Assembly: GCA_045636145.1 (NCBI GenBank)
Contig: JAZTWV010000045.1
Span: forward strand, 5,800-69,799
Source: Candidatus Flemingiibacterium sp.
GTDB taxonomy: Bacteria > Bacillota > Clostridia > Oscillospirales > CAG-272
Direction: 5' to 3'
DNA: 64,000 bases
Part shown: piece by piece, positions 39,216-47,952 of the stretch
Layout: every line of letters begins with the position of its first letter
How positions within the stretch are numbered: position 1 is the first letter of the stretch
Translations under genes and position numbers: made by a program
The notes under the pieces: model-generated
What the model saw: the letters and a program-made list of their open reading frames with translations, nothing else
What the model was told of the DNA's origin: nothing
The model's database searches: none

Positions 39216-41342
39216 ATGAAGAAACTTACAAAGATTTTTGCCCTCGCAGCGTGTGTCATCCTCGTTCTCGGATGTATGCCGCTCGGTGCTATCACACCTT
39301 ATTCCACCTACACCTATTCTATAGACGGATTTGCACTTATGTCTCCGGATGCTTATGTGCCCGACAGACAGGTTGACTCCGCTTATATGGGGCTTGAAAC
39401 ACCCATTGACGACCCCAGAGACATGGTTGTGGACGGCAGAAAGAATATTTATATTGCAGATGCCGCAAACAACCGTATAGTGGTGCTTGACAGATATTTC
39501 AAGGTTAAGTTTACCATTGACGAGTTTATTAACCAGAACGGTGTTCCGGATGCTCTTAAATCTCCTTCCGGTGTATATGTGACCGATGAGAAGATATACG
39601 TTGCTGATACGGATAATAACCGTATTGTAATGTTTGAGCTTGACGGTACTTTTTACAAGGTTATCAAGGAACCCGATGCGGACGTGTTCCCCGCAGGTTC
39701 CATCTATAAGCCGGTAGCTATTGCAGTTGATGAATACGGCCGTATTTACGTCGTATCTTCCACTACATACATGGGTGTTATTGCTATCAATGAGGATGGT
39801 GTATTCCAGGGCTTTATCGGTGCTCAGAAGGTTACAGTGGATCCCCTTCAGGTTATCTGGAGAAGATTCCAGACCGCTGACCAGAGAGCACGGTCTCAGC
39901 GGTACGTATCTACCGAATTCAACAATATTACTATTGATGAAAACGGATTTATTTACGTTACTACCTCATCTGTAAAAGAGGCCTCACAGCAGGCAGCACT
40001 TCGGGATAAGAGCGGCACATATGCTCCTGTTAAGAAGCTCAACACCGCAGGCTCGGATATCATGAAGCGTAACGGCTTTTTCGGTCCTGGCGGCGAGGTT
40101 AACGTAACTAACCTCTCTACCGCAGAGATCACAGGTCCTTCCAAGATCATCGACGCAGCTGTAGGACCGGAAAACACATGGTCAATAATCGACGAAAAGC
40201 GTTCCAAGATCTACACATACGATGAAGACGGAAATCTCCTCTTTATCTTTGGTGATAAGGGTCAGCAGCTCGGTAATATTCAGTCTGTTGAGGCTATCGC
40301 TTACCTTGACAATGATATTTTGATTCTTGACAAGACTGCCGACAATATTACGGTATTCAGACGCACCGAATACGGCGATTTGCTCCTCGATGCTATCAGA
40401 AATACCAATGAGCGCAACTACGACACAACTATTAACTATTGGACAGAGATTCTTAAGAGAAACAACAACTTCGATACTGCATATATCGGCATTGGTAAGA
40501 GCCTTTACAGAAGTGCCGAGTATGAGGAGTCTCTTTCGTACTACAAGTCCGCTTATGATACCGAAAACTATTCTGAATCCTTTAAGGAAATCAGAAAAGA
40601 GTGGATTTCCAACTATATTCTTCTTATTCCGCTCTTTGCAATAGTATTTATTGTACTTTTCGTGCTTTTCAACAAGTATGCTGCAAATCTCAACAAGAAA
40701 ACTCAGCTTAAGAAAGGAAGAAAGACCTTCTGGGAAGAGATTATCTACGCTTTCCACCTCATCCTGCATCCGTTTGACGGATTCTGGGATCTGAAGCATG
40801 AGCAGCGCGGTTCAATGAGAGCTGCGTTTGTATGGCTGGCGATAGCTATCCTTACATTCTTCTATCAGGGCGTTGGAACCGGTTATATATTCAATCCTCG
40901 TCAGGCTTCAACAACTATTCTGGTGCAGATAACCGCAGTTGTAGTTCCTGTAATCCTTTGGGTTGTTGCTAACTGGTGTCTCACCACTCTGTTTGACGGT
41001 GAGGGCAGTCTTAAGGATATTTTCATAGCAACCTGCTATGCACTTGTTCCCCTGCCTATACTTATCATTCCTTCAGTTCTCATTTCCAATATCGCACTTT
41101 CATCTGAGGCAGCCATCATCAATCTTCTTGTAAGTTTTGCATTTGTATGGTGCGGACTTCTCCTCTTCTTCGGTATGATGGTAACTCATGACTACACATT
41201 CTCAAAGAACGTGCTCACATCGGTCGGTACTATAATCGGTATGGCGATCATCATGTTTATCGGTATTCTGTTCTCGACACTGCTTGCGAAGATCGTAAGC
41301 TTTGTTTCCAGCATCATTACCGAGATCGCGTTCCGTATGTAA
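39216..41342 (+). CDS. NHL-repeat beta-propeller + TPR + Yip1-domain membrane protein
   Basis: Signal peptide, NHL repeats (IYIADAANNRIVV, IYVADTDNNRIV, AVDEYGRIYV), TPR-like AYIGIGKSLY, a TM helix, then Yip1-like ILHPFDGFWDLK plus 5 TM. Confidence 0.82.
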   Translation: MKKLTKIFALAACVILVLGCMPLGAITPYSTYTYSIDGFALMSPDAYVPDRQVDSAYMGLETPIDDPRDMVVDGRKNIYIADAANNRIVVLDRYFKVKFTIDEFINQNGVPDALKSPSGVYVTDEKIYVADTDNNRIVMFELDGTFYKVIKEPDADVFPAGSIYKPVAIAVDEYGRIYVVSSTTYMGVIAINEDGVFQGFIGAQKVTVDPLQVIWRRFQTADQRARSQRYVSTEFNNITIDENGFIYVTTSSVKEASQQAALRDKSGTYAPVKKLNTAGSDIMKRNGFFGPGGEVNVTNLSTAEITGPSKIIDAAVGPENTWSIIDEKRSKIYTYDEDGNLLFIFGDKGQQLGNIQSVEAIAYLDNDILILDKTADNITVFRRTEYGDLLLDAIRNTNERNYDTTINYWTEILKRNNNFDTAYIGIGKSLYRSAEYEESLSYYKSAYDTENYSESFKEIRKEWISNYILLIPLFAIVFIVLFVLFNKYAANLNKKTQLKKGRKTFWEEIIYAFHLILHPFDGFWDLKHEQRGSMRAAFVWLAIAILTFFYQGVGTGYIFNPRQASTTILVQITAVVVPVILWVVANWCLTTLFDGEGSLKDIFIATCYALVPLPILIIPSVLISNIALSSEAAIINLLVSFAFVWCGLLLFFGMMVTHDYTFSKNVLTSVGTIIGMAIIMFIGILFSTLLAKIVSFVSSIITEIAFRM

Positions 41343-41364
41343 TAACAGGATAGGAGTTATAGTA

Positions 41365-44300
41365 ATGAAAAAATTCAGATTATTATCGGCGTTCCTGTCT
41401 GTTGTTATGGCGATGGGAATCCTTACAGCCGCAATGCCGGTCACAGCGACTGCTTCAAATACCGAGGCCCTAGTTCCCGGTATTGATGATGAGACCGGCG
41501 AACCTACAATTGATTATCTGACTCAAATCTATGAAACTCCCGAGGAAAAGCTTGCTACAATGACAAAATACCTTGAAAAAGGTGATATGGCACTGTATGT
41601 TGAGCCTGTTTCCGGTGAGGTTGCATATGTAAACAACAAGACCGGTCAGATACTCTTCTCAAATCCTTATGATGTTTCACAGACCGGTGCTGCAAAGGCT
41701 ACAAAGCAGGAGCTTCTCTCTCAGATCGCTGTTAAATACACCGATAATTCTTCAGAGATTGAAATGTTCAGCTTTGTTGAAGCTTGCCAGAGAGGTCAGA
41801 TCAACGTAAAGAAGATCAAGAACGGTGTTCGCGTTGAGTACACGATGGGTCGTGAGGAGACCCGTAAGCTTGTACCAAAGCAGATTAAGCGAGAGCGTTT
41901 CGAAGAGCTTATTCTTGCGAACATTCCCGAGGGCGGTACAAAGCAGCGCCTTCTTGCATACTACACTCTTCAGGATCCGTATGATAATAGCCTTACAGAG
42001 CGTGGAAAGCGTGAGCTCGTTGCGGCTTTCCCGATATGTAGTCAGATGGCTATCTATGTATTTGATCCGGGTGCAACAGACCGTGAGCTTAACCTTGTTG
42101 AGGGTTGGATCAAGACTTACTGCCCCGAATATTCATGGAGTCATCTTGAAGAGGACCACACAATCACCGGCTATGTAGGTACAGACAAGGCACCGGTTCT
42201 GTTCAGACTTTCTCTTGAGTATAAGCTTGATGATGACGGAACTCTTGATGTGCGTCTTCCCGCAAACGGTATCCGTTTCGATGAAAGCGCATATCAGCTC
42301 ACCTATATCAGTATGCTTCCTTGGTTCGGAGCAGGTTCTTCGGATTGGAAGGGTTACACCTTTATTCCTGACGGTTCCGGTACGTTAGTTCGCTTTGAGG
42401 ATGTTAAAAACAAACCTCTTACCCTTACCGGTAAAATCTACGGTCAGGACTATGCTTATCAGGAAGTAGGCGGACAAAATAAGGAGGTTATGCGTCTCCC
42501 TGTATACGGTATAGTGGAGAGCGCGGAATTTAATCCTCCGGCACTTACCGCAGAGCAGATTGAGACCGGATTCGAGTATAAGGCTCCCGAAGGCAAGCAG
42601 AGCAACGGTTTTATTGCAATCATCGAGGAAGGTGACTCCCTCGCCGAGATCAGTACCGAGCACGGCGGAAACCTTCACAAGTACAATACGGTTTACACTA
42701 CATTCTACCCGAGACCTAAGGATACATACAACCTGGCAGATGCTATTTCGGTAGGTGCGAATGCTACTTATACTGTTGTTTCCGAGCGTAAGTATACCGG
42801 AAGCTACCGCATAAAGTATATCATGCTTACAAGCGATGAGACTGCTGAGGCTGTTGGCCTTAAGAATTACTACGAGGACAGCTATGTAGGTATGGCAAAG
42901 GCATACAGAGATTATCTCATAGCCGAAGGCGTTCTTACCGAGATCGAAGATCCTAAGGACAGCATTCCGCTCTACATTGAGTCCTTCGGTGCTATAGAGA
43001 CTATCGAAAAGGTGCTTTCCATTCCTGTTACTGTGCTTAAGCCTCTCACCACATTCGAAGACCTTAAGACAATGTATACCGCACTCACTGAGGCAGGCAT
43101 TACCAACATCAATTACAAGTTGACAGGTTATGCTAACGGCGGTATGAATGACACTGCGCCTTACCATGTTAAGTTTGAAAAGGTAGTGGGCGGTAATGAC
43201 GGATTTACTGATTTTGTTGCTTATGCAAATGAGAATGATATTGGCGTATATCCGGACTTCGATTTTGCAAACGTAACTAAGTTCGAGTCGTTTGACGGTA
43301 TTTCCAATGGAAAACATCTTGTAAAGACTATGGATGGTCGTTATACCACCAAGCGTTTCTACGATTCTACTCTTCAGTCATTCCAGCGCGGATATTCCTT
43401 GGCGTTGTCTCCGGCGGTTTACGATTATCTTTTTGAGAATTTCAACAAGGAATTTGCTAAGCTTGTTCCGAACGGAATTTCGGTTTCTACACTTGGTACT
43501 GACCTTAACTCCGACTTCAACGATGATGAACCGTACAACCGCGAGGATACCAAGGCATTTACCAAAGACCTCCTTGCTGATATCGAAGAGGCTTACGGTG
43601 ATGTTATGGTAGACGGCGGCAATATGTACGCTATCAAGTATGCAGATCATATTATTGGCGTATCTCTTGACTCCAGCCGTTATTCCAATGCAAGTGAGGC
43701 TGTTCCTTTCACAGGACTTGTGCTCCACGGATGCGTGGAATTTGCCGGAAATGCCATCAACATGGCAGGTGATATGCAGTATGAGCTTCTCAAGGCAATT
43801 GAGAACGGTGCGTCGCTGTATTTCACCCTTTCCATGCAGAACACTTCACTTCTTAAGGAAGATGTTGAATTCAACAAGTATTATTCTGTTGCATTTGACA
43901 TCTGGAAGGATGAGGTTGTGAATGTATACACGACCCTTAACAATGCTCTTGCAGATCTTCAGGATAAGCAGATCGTTGACCATGAGTTCCTTATAGGCGA
44001 GCGAGTTCCTTCCGAAGAGGAAGCTGAGGCAGACAGAATTGCAGCCGAGGAGGCAGCACTACGTGCAGAGGAAGAAGAAAAGCTTGCAGCAGATAAGGCT
44101 GAAAAAGCACAGAAGCTTGCTGACCGTCTTGCAGCTCTCAAGGCAGCAGAGACAGGTGAAGCTGCTTCTGCAGGTCCTACCGTAGTAGGCGGCACTTCGG
44201 ATGCTTTCAATAAGGAAGACGAAGTTGATTCCAATGCTTATGCCTATACCAAGTATACATCTGATGACGGACGTATCGTAAAGGTCACCTACGAGGGCGG

Positions 44301-44400
44301 CAAAGCATTTATCCTTAACTACAATAACTTTGAGATCACTGTCGAGGATGGCGGAAAGACTTACACCATCGGCGCTCTTGATTTCGTAAAGGTTAAATAA
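41365..44400 (+). CDS. Large secreted protein, DUF5696-like (possibly glycoside-hydrolase-like fold)
   Basis: RBS AGGAG, signal peptide, LPWFGAG, FIPDGSG.L, LPVYG, SYVGMAKAYRDYL, GYANGG, VPF..LVLHG motifs that I recognise as DUF5696-type. Confidence 0.75.
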   Translation: MKKFRLLSAFLSVVMAMGILTAAMPVTATASNTEALVPGIDDETGEPTIDYLTQIYETPEEKLATMTKYLEKGDMALYVEPVSGEVAYVNNKTGQILFSNPYDVSQTGAAKATKQELLSQIAVKYTDNSSEIEMFSFVEACQRGQINVKKIKNGVRVEYTMGREETRKLVPKQIKRERFEELILANIPEGGTKQRLLAYYTLQDPYDNSLTERGKRELVAAFPICSQMAIYVFDPGATDRELNLVEGWIKTYCPEYSWSHLEEDHTITGYVGTDKAPVLFRLSLEYKLDDDGTLDVRLPANGIRFDESAYQLTYISMLPWFGAGSSDWKGYTFIPDGSGTLVRFEDVKNKPLTLTGKIYGQDYAYQEVGGQNKEVMRLPVYGIVESAEFNPPALTAEQIETGFEYKAPEGKQSNGFIAIIEEGDSLAEISTEHGGNLHKYNTVYTTFYPRPKDTYNLADAISVGANATYTVVSERKYTGSYRIKYIMLTSDETAEAVGLKNYYEDSYVGMAKAYRDYLIAEGVLTEIEDPKDSIPLYIESFGAIETIEKVLSIPVTVLKPLTTFEDLKTMYTALTEAGITNINYKLTGYANGGMNDTAPYHVKFEKVVGGNDGFTDFVAYANENDIGVYPDFDFANVTKFESFDGISNGKHLVKTMDGRYTTKRFYDSTLQSFQRGYSLALSPAVYDYLFENFNKEFAKLVPNGISVSTLGTDLNSDFNDDEPYNREDTKAFTKDLLADIEEAYGDVMVDGGNMYAIKYADHIIGVSLDSSRYSNASEAVPFTGLVLHGCVEFAGNAINMAGDMQYELLKAIENGASLYFTLSMQNTSLLKEDVEFNKYYSVAFDIWKDEVVNVYTTLNNALADLQDKQIVDHEFLIGERVPSEEEAEADRIAAEEAALRAEEEEKLAADKAEKAQKLADRLAALKAAETGEAASAGPTVVGGTSDAFNKEDEVDSNAYAYTKYTSDDGRIVKVTYEGGKAFILNYNNFEITVEDGGKTYTIGALDFVKVK

Positions 44401-44419
44401 GAAAAGAGAGGTGTATTAA

Positions 44420-45394
44420 ATGAATAGCGAAGCAAAGCTCACTAAGGCCGGCGCTGTAAAAAAGCGTAAGCGTATAGCCTCTCTTGATGCACGCAAGGCG
44501 CGTGCAGGTTGGGTGTTCGTACTTCCGTTCGTGCTCAGCTTTATCATCATCTATCTTCCCATAGTAATCGACTCTATAAAGTACAGCTTTAACAAGCTTA
44601 AGGTTGGACAGGGCGGCGGATATACGCTGCAGTTTGTAGGCTGGGAAAACTATCAGGATGCTCTCTTTGTAGACCCTAAGTTTGTACAGACTCTTACTTC
44701 CGGTATACAGCAGCTCATATTTGATATTCCTGCGATCGTAATTTTCTCGCTCTTCGTTGCGGTTCTTCTGAATCAGAAGATGGCAGGACGTGCAGCGTTC
44801 CGTGCGATCTTCTTCATTCCGGTTATTATTTCCACAGGTATTGTTGATAATATCGACCAGTCCAACACCATGCTCGACTACATGAACACTACCGAAGAGG
44901 GTATCAATGACGGTTCGGGACAGAATGCCACGGCAGAAATATTGTCAGCAGTGGATATTGAGCGGCTTTTCGAAAACATGAAGGTAGGTACTGAGCTGGT
45001 TCAATACGTTGTAAATATGGTTAACAACATTTACGACATTATTAACCGTTCAGGTGTACAGATGCTTATTTATCTTGCAGGTCTTCAGTCCATTTCTCCT
45101 GCTATCTACGAGTCTTGTTCCATAGACGGTGCAAGTGCTTGGGAGACATTCTGGAAAGTAACCTTCCCGATGATAAGCCCCATGATCCTCGTAAATGCTA
45201 TCTACACGGTTATTGACTCGTTCACATCGCAGTCAAATACGGTTATGACTTACATCGCTGCCGTATATGATACTGCGGGCGGTAACGTACTCAGCTCGGC
45301 AATGTCTTGGATCTACTTCTTGATAGTTCTGGTCATTATCGGCTTGGTAGCGGCACTTCTCAGTGCATACGTCTTCTATCAGAAACGCGATTAA
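44420..45394 (+). CDS. Carbohydrate ABC permease (MalF-like), pair 2
   Basis: FVGWENY, FRAIFFIPVII, EAA loop LQSISPAIYESCSIDGASAWE, VTFP. Confidence 0.9.
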   Translation: MNSEAKLTKAGAVKKRKRIASLDARKARAGWVFVLPFVLSFIIIYLPIVIDSIKYSFNKLKVGQGGGYTLQFVGWENYQDALFVDPKFVQTLTSGIQQLIFDIPAIVIFSLFVAVLLNQKMAGRAAFRAIFFIPVIISTGIVDNIDQSNTMLDYMNTTEEGINDGSGQNATAEILSAVDIERLFENMKVGTELVQYVVNMVNNIYDIINRSGVQMLIYLAGLQSISPAIYESCSIDGASAWETFWKVTFPMISPMILVNAIYTVIDSFTSQSNTVMTYIAAVYDTAGGNVLSSAMSWIYFLIVLVIIGLVAALLSAYVFYQKRD

Positions 45395-45407
45395 GGAGGG
45401 ATAAGAT

Positions 45408-46466
45408 ATGAATTCTCAACAGACATCCAATGCTCCCCGCGTTATGAAGGAGAGCAAAAACAAAATCAGAGTTGAGTTTGAAAGAACCCCTCTGAAAGAG
45501 CGTCTCAAGGCGAAATTCCTCAACATGAACTTCTTTAAGAATGTTGTTGTAAGAGTTTTCACCTACGTTCTTCTTATCGGTATTTCCTATGTCATCCTTT
45601 TCCCGTTCTTCGCTAAGATCTCCGGCTCTTTCATGAGCAAAGAGGACTTCGTTGATGTAACGGTAAAGCTGATTCCGAAGTATCCCACACTTGATACCTA
45701 TAAGGCTATCATAAATGAAAACGGTTATTTTACGGCATTGTTCAACACGTTCACCCTTTCGGTGCTCTGCGGACTGATTCAGACATTTGTATGCTGTGTT
45801 ATCGGCTACGGTCTTGCAAAGTTTAAGTTCAAGGGTAATAAGCTGATATTCTTCCTCGTAATCTTTACGATGGTTATTCCTCACAGAACTCTTCAGCTTT
45901 CAATGTTCATGAAGTTCAGATACTTTGATATTCTCGGTATCTTCGACTTACTTGGCGGCGGCGTGTTTGAATGGCTCCGTATACTTCCGTTCTCCTCGCT
46001 TAACCTTAACAATACCTATTGGCCGCTTGCCCTTCTGTCATTTGGCGGACTTGCATTCAAGAACGGACTTTATATCTTCATGATGCGTCAGTTCTTCCAC
46101 GGTGTGCCGGATGAACTTGAAGAGTCGGCTTACATCGACGGATCGGGCGTGTTCAGAACATTCCTTCAGATCATTCTTCCGCTTTCCGTTCCGATGATGA
46201 TCACCATCTTCCTGTTTGCTTTCTCATGGCAGTGGACGGATAACTTCTATACTACCGTGTTCTTTACAAAGACAGGTATGACGCTTATGCCGGATATTGT
46301 CGGCGTGCCCACATCTCTTGATACCCAGTATGCAGCTCAGAATCTTTATGAGTCTGCTATCAGAAATACTTGCGGTCTGCTCATCCTGCTTCCTCTGCTT
46401 ATTATGTATGTGTTCTTACAGAGATATCTTATCGGTGGTATCGAGCGTTCCGGTATCGTTGGTTAA
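45408..46466 (+). CDS. Carbohydrate ABC permease (MalG-like), pair 2
   Basis: GYGLAKFKFKG, MRQFF, EAA loop VPDELEESAYIDG, FSWQWTD, GIERSGIVG. Confidence 0.9.
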   Translation: MNSQQTSNAPRVMKESKNKIRVEFERTPLKERLKAKFLNMNFFKNVVVRVFTYVLLIGISYVILFPFFAKISGSFMSKEDFVDVTVKLIPKYPTLDTYKAIINENGYFTALFNTFTLSVLCGLIQTFVCCVIGYGLAKFKFKGNKLIFFLVIFTMVIPHRTLQLSMFMKFRYFDILGIFDLLGGGVFEWLRILPFSSLNLNNTYWPLALLSFGGLAFKNGLYIFMMRQFFHGVPDELEESAYIDGSGVFRTFLQIILPLSVPMMITIFLFAFSWQWTDNFYTTVFFTKTGMTLMPDIVGVPTSLDTQYAAQNLYESAIRNTCGLLILLPLLIMYVFLQRYLIGGIERSGIVG

Positions 46467-46514
46467 TCAAACAAAAATAACTGCTGTACATTGTACAGCA
46501 GTCCAGACTGTCGA

Positions 46515-46543
46515 AAAAAGTCACCCCGAGGGGTGGCTTTTTT
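46515..46543 (+). terminator. Intrinsic terminator of the transporter locus
   Basis: AAAAAGTCACCCC-GA-GGGGTGGCTTTTTT. Confidence 0.8.
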
Positions 46544-46562
46544 GCATGAAATATGGTATAAT

Positions 46563-46735
46563 AGAGGCTCTATATCAATAGTTGGGGTGAACCTACACGT
46601 TGGAGCCTGCTGACGGTTAATATACGACCGTAATATAGTAGATTAACCGGATTATTATTTTTAGCGATTTCATATAGTTCACGAAAGCCAAAATTCATGG
46701 AAGCTGCTATCAGAATTCACGCAGAAAATAATTTT
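46563..46735 (+). ncRNA. Candidate structured small RNA (unclassified, possibly 6S-like)
   Basis: Extended -10 TGGTATAAT (46554-46562), no ORF, several complementary segments (see findings). Confidence 0.35.
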
Positions 46736-46746
46736 TCAGATAACTA

Positions 46747-46775
46747 TTGACATTTTGCTTTATATGTGGTATAAT
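46747..46775 (+). promoter_or_regulatory. Consensus sigma-A promoter of rplU-prp-rpmA
   Basis: TTGACA(46747)-17-TATAAT(46770) with TGn. Confidence 0.85.
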
Positions 46776-46780
46776 AAATA

Positions 46781-46841
46781 GCCGCTTGATTTGTACGGTC
46801 TTTTAATTTGCGCCTTTTTGCGCAAAACCGACATCAGCGAG
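46781..46841 (+). ncRNA. L21 leader-like cis-regulatory RNA
   Basis: Hairpin CGCTTGATTTGTACGGT / ACCGACATCAGCG with inner TTTGCGC/GCGCAAA, ending in GCGAG, between the promoter and rplU. Confidence 0.6.
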
Positions 46842-46879
46842 TTCATGGCATAAGCCATTCAGAAAGTGAGGTGCTTTTC

Positions 46880-47191
46880 GTGTTTGCAGTTATCGTAACA
46901 GGCGGAAAGCAGTACAAGGTTAACGAAGGCGATGTTATCTTCATCGAGAAGCTCGATGTTGAAGCCGGAGAAAAGGTTACTTTTGACAAGGTGCTTGCAA
47001 TCTCCAACGACGGCAAGTTCACCGCAGGCGCTCCTTATGTAGAGGGTGCAAGCGTTGAGGCTAGCGTTGTTAAGAACGGTAAGGGTCCCAAGATCCATAT
47101 CCTTAAGTACAAGCCCAAGAAGGATTCCAAGAAGAAGATCGGTCACAGACAGCCTTACACAAAGGTTCAGATCGAAAAGATCGTTGGTTAA
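46880..47191 (+). CDS. rplU: 50S ribosomal protein L21
   Basis: GTG start after GAGGTG; (M)[20 protein letters not shown]. Confidence 0.97.
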   Translation: MFAVIVTGGKQYKVNEGDVIFIEKLDVEAGEKVTFDKVLAISNDGKFTAGAPYVEGASVEASVVKNGKGPKIHILKYKPKKDSKKKIGHRQPYTKVQIEKIVG

Positions 47192-47200
47192 TCCCTGAAA

Positions 47201-47557
47201 ATGACAAAGATAGTTTTTTATAAGTGGGATAACGTATTTTACGGCTTCAGTGAGCAGGGTCATACCGGTTACGGTGAATCCGGAGACGATGTGCTTTGTG
47301 CCGCGCTCTCCGCAATGACTATGCTTATAATCAACACCATAGAGGTGGCATACGCCTCGGATGTTAATTATACCATTGATGAAAAAACAACCGATATCAA
47401 GGTCGTAGCACACGGTGCTCTCAAGGATTTTGAGGAGGACGAGTGCAAACGGTTTGCGATTTCGGGACTTATCCAGGCTTATTACTACCAGCTCAACGAT
47501 ATGCTTGAGGAATATTACGATTTCCTTGATGTTGATGTGGTGGAGGAACTAATCTGA
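47201..47557 (+). CDS. prp: Ribosomal-processing cysteine protease Prp
   Basis: GHTGY...GDDVLCAALS catalytic His/Cys motif; lies between rplU and rpmA. Confidence 0.93.
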   Translation: MTKIVFYKWDNVFYGFSEQGHTGYGESGDDVLCAALSAMTMLIINTIEVAYASDVNYTIDEKTTDIKVVAHGALKDFEEDECKRFAISGLIQAYYYQLNDMLEEYYDFLDVDVVEELI

Positions 47558-47610
47558 CCTTTAATCGGGAGTTCGAATTTCTCAAATAAGATAACGGAGG
47601 TAAGTTAACA

Positions 47611-47889
47611 ATGTTAAAGCTTAGTTTACAGTTTTTTGCTCATAAGAAGGGCGTCGGCTCAACTAAGAACGGTCGCGACAGCGAAGCAAAGCGTCTCGGC
47701 GTTAAGAAGTCCGACGGTCAGGCTGTAAAGGCAGGCAATATCATCATCCGCCAGAGAGGCACTGCTGTACATCCCGGCAACAATGTGGGAATCGGCAAGG
47801 ATGACACCCTGTTTGCTCTTATTGACGGTACTGTTAAGTTTGAGCACATCGCAGGCGGCAAGAAGGCTGTCAGCGTTTACGGCGCGTGA
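47611..47889 (+). CDS. rpmA: 50S ribosomal protein L27 with Prp-cleaved N-terminal extension
   Basis: [31 protein letters not shown]. Confidence 0.98.
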   Translation: MLKLSLQFFAHKKGVGSTKNGRDSEAKRLGVKKSDGQAVKAGNIIIRQRGTAVHPGNNVGIGKDDTLFALIDGTVKFEHIAGGKKAVSVYGA

Positions 47890-47911
47890 GTCACGCACGA
47901 GTAAGTACAAT

Positions 47912-47948
47912 AAAAAATCTCCGCACAGCTTGTGTGCGGAGATTTTTT
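47912..47948. terminator. Bidirectional intrinsic terminator
   Basis: AAAAAATCTCCGCACA / TGTGCGGAGATTTTTT. Confidence 0.88.
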
Positions 47949-47952
47949 ATTA

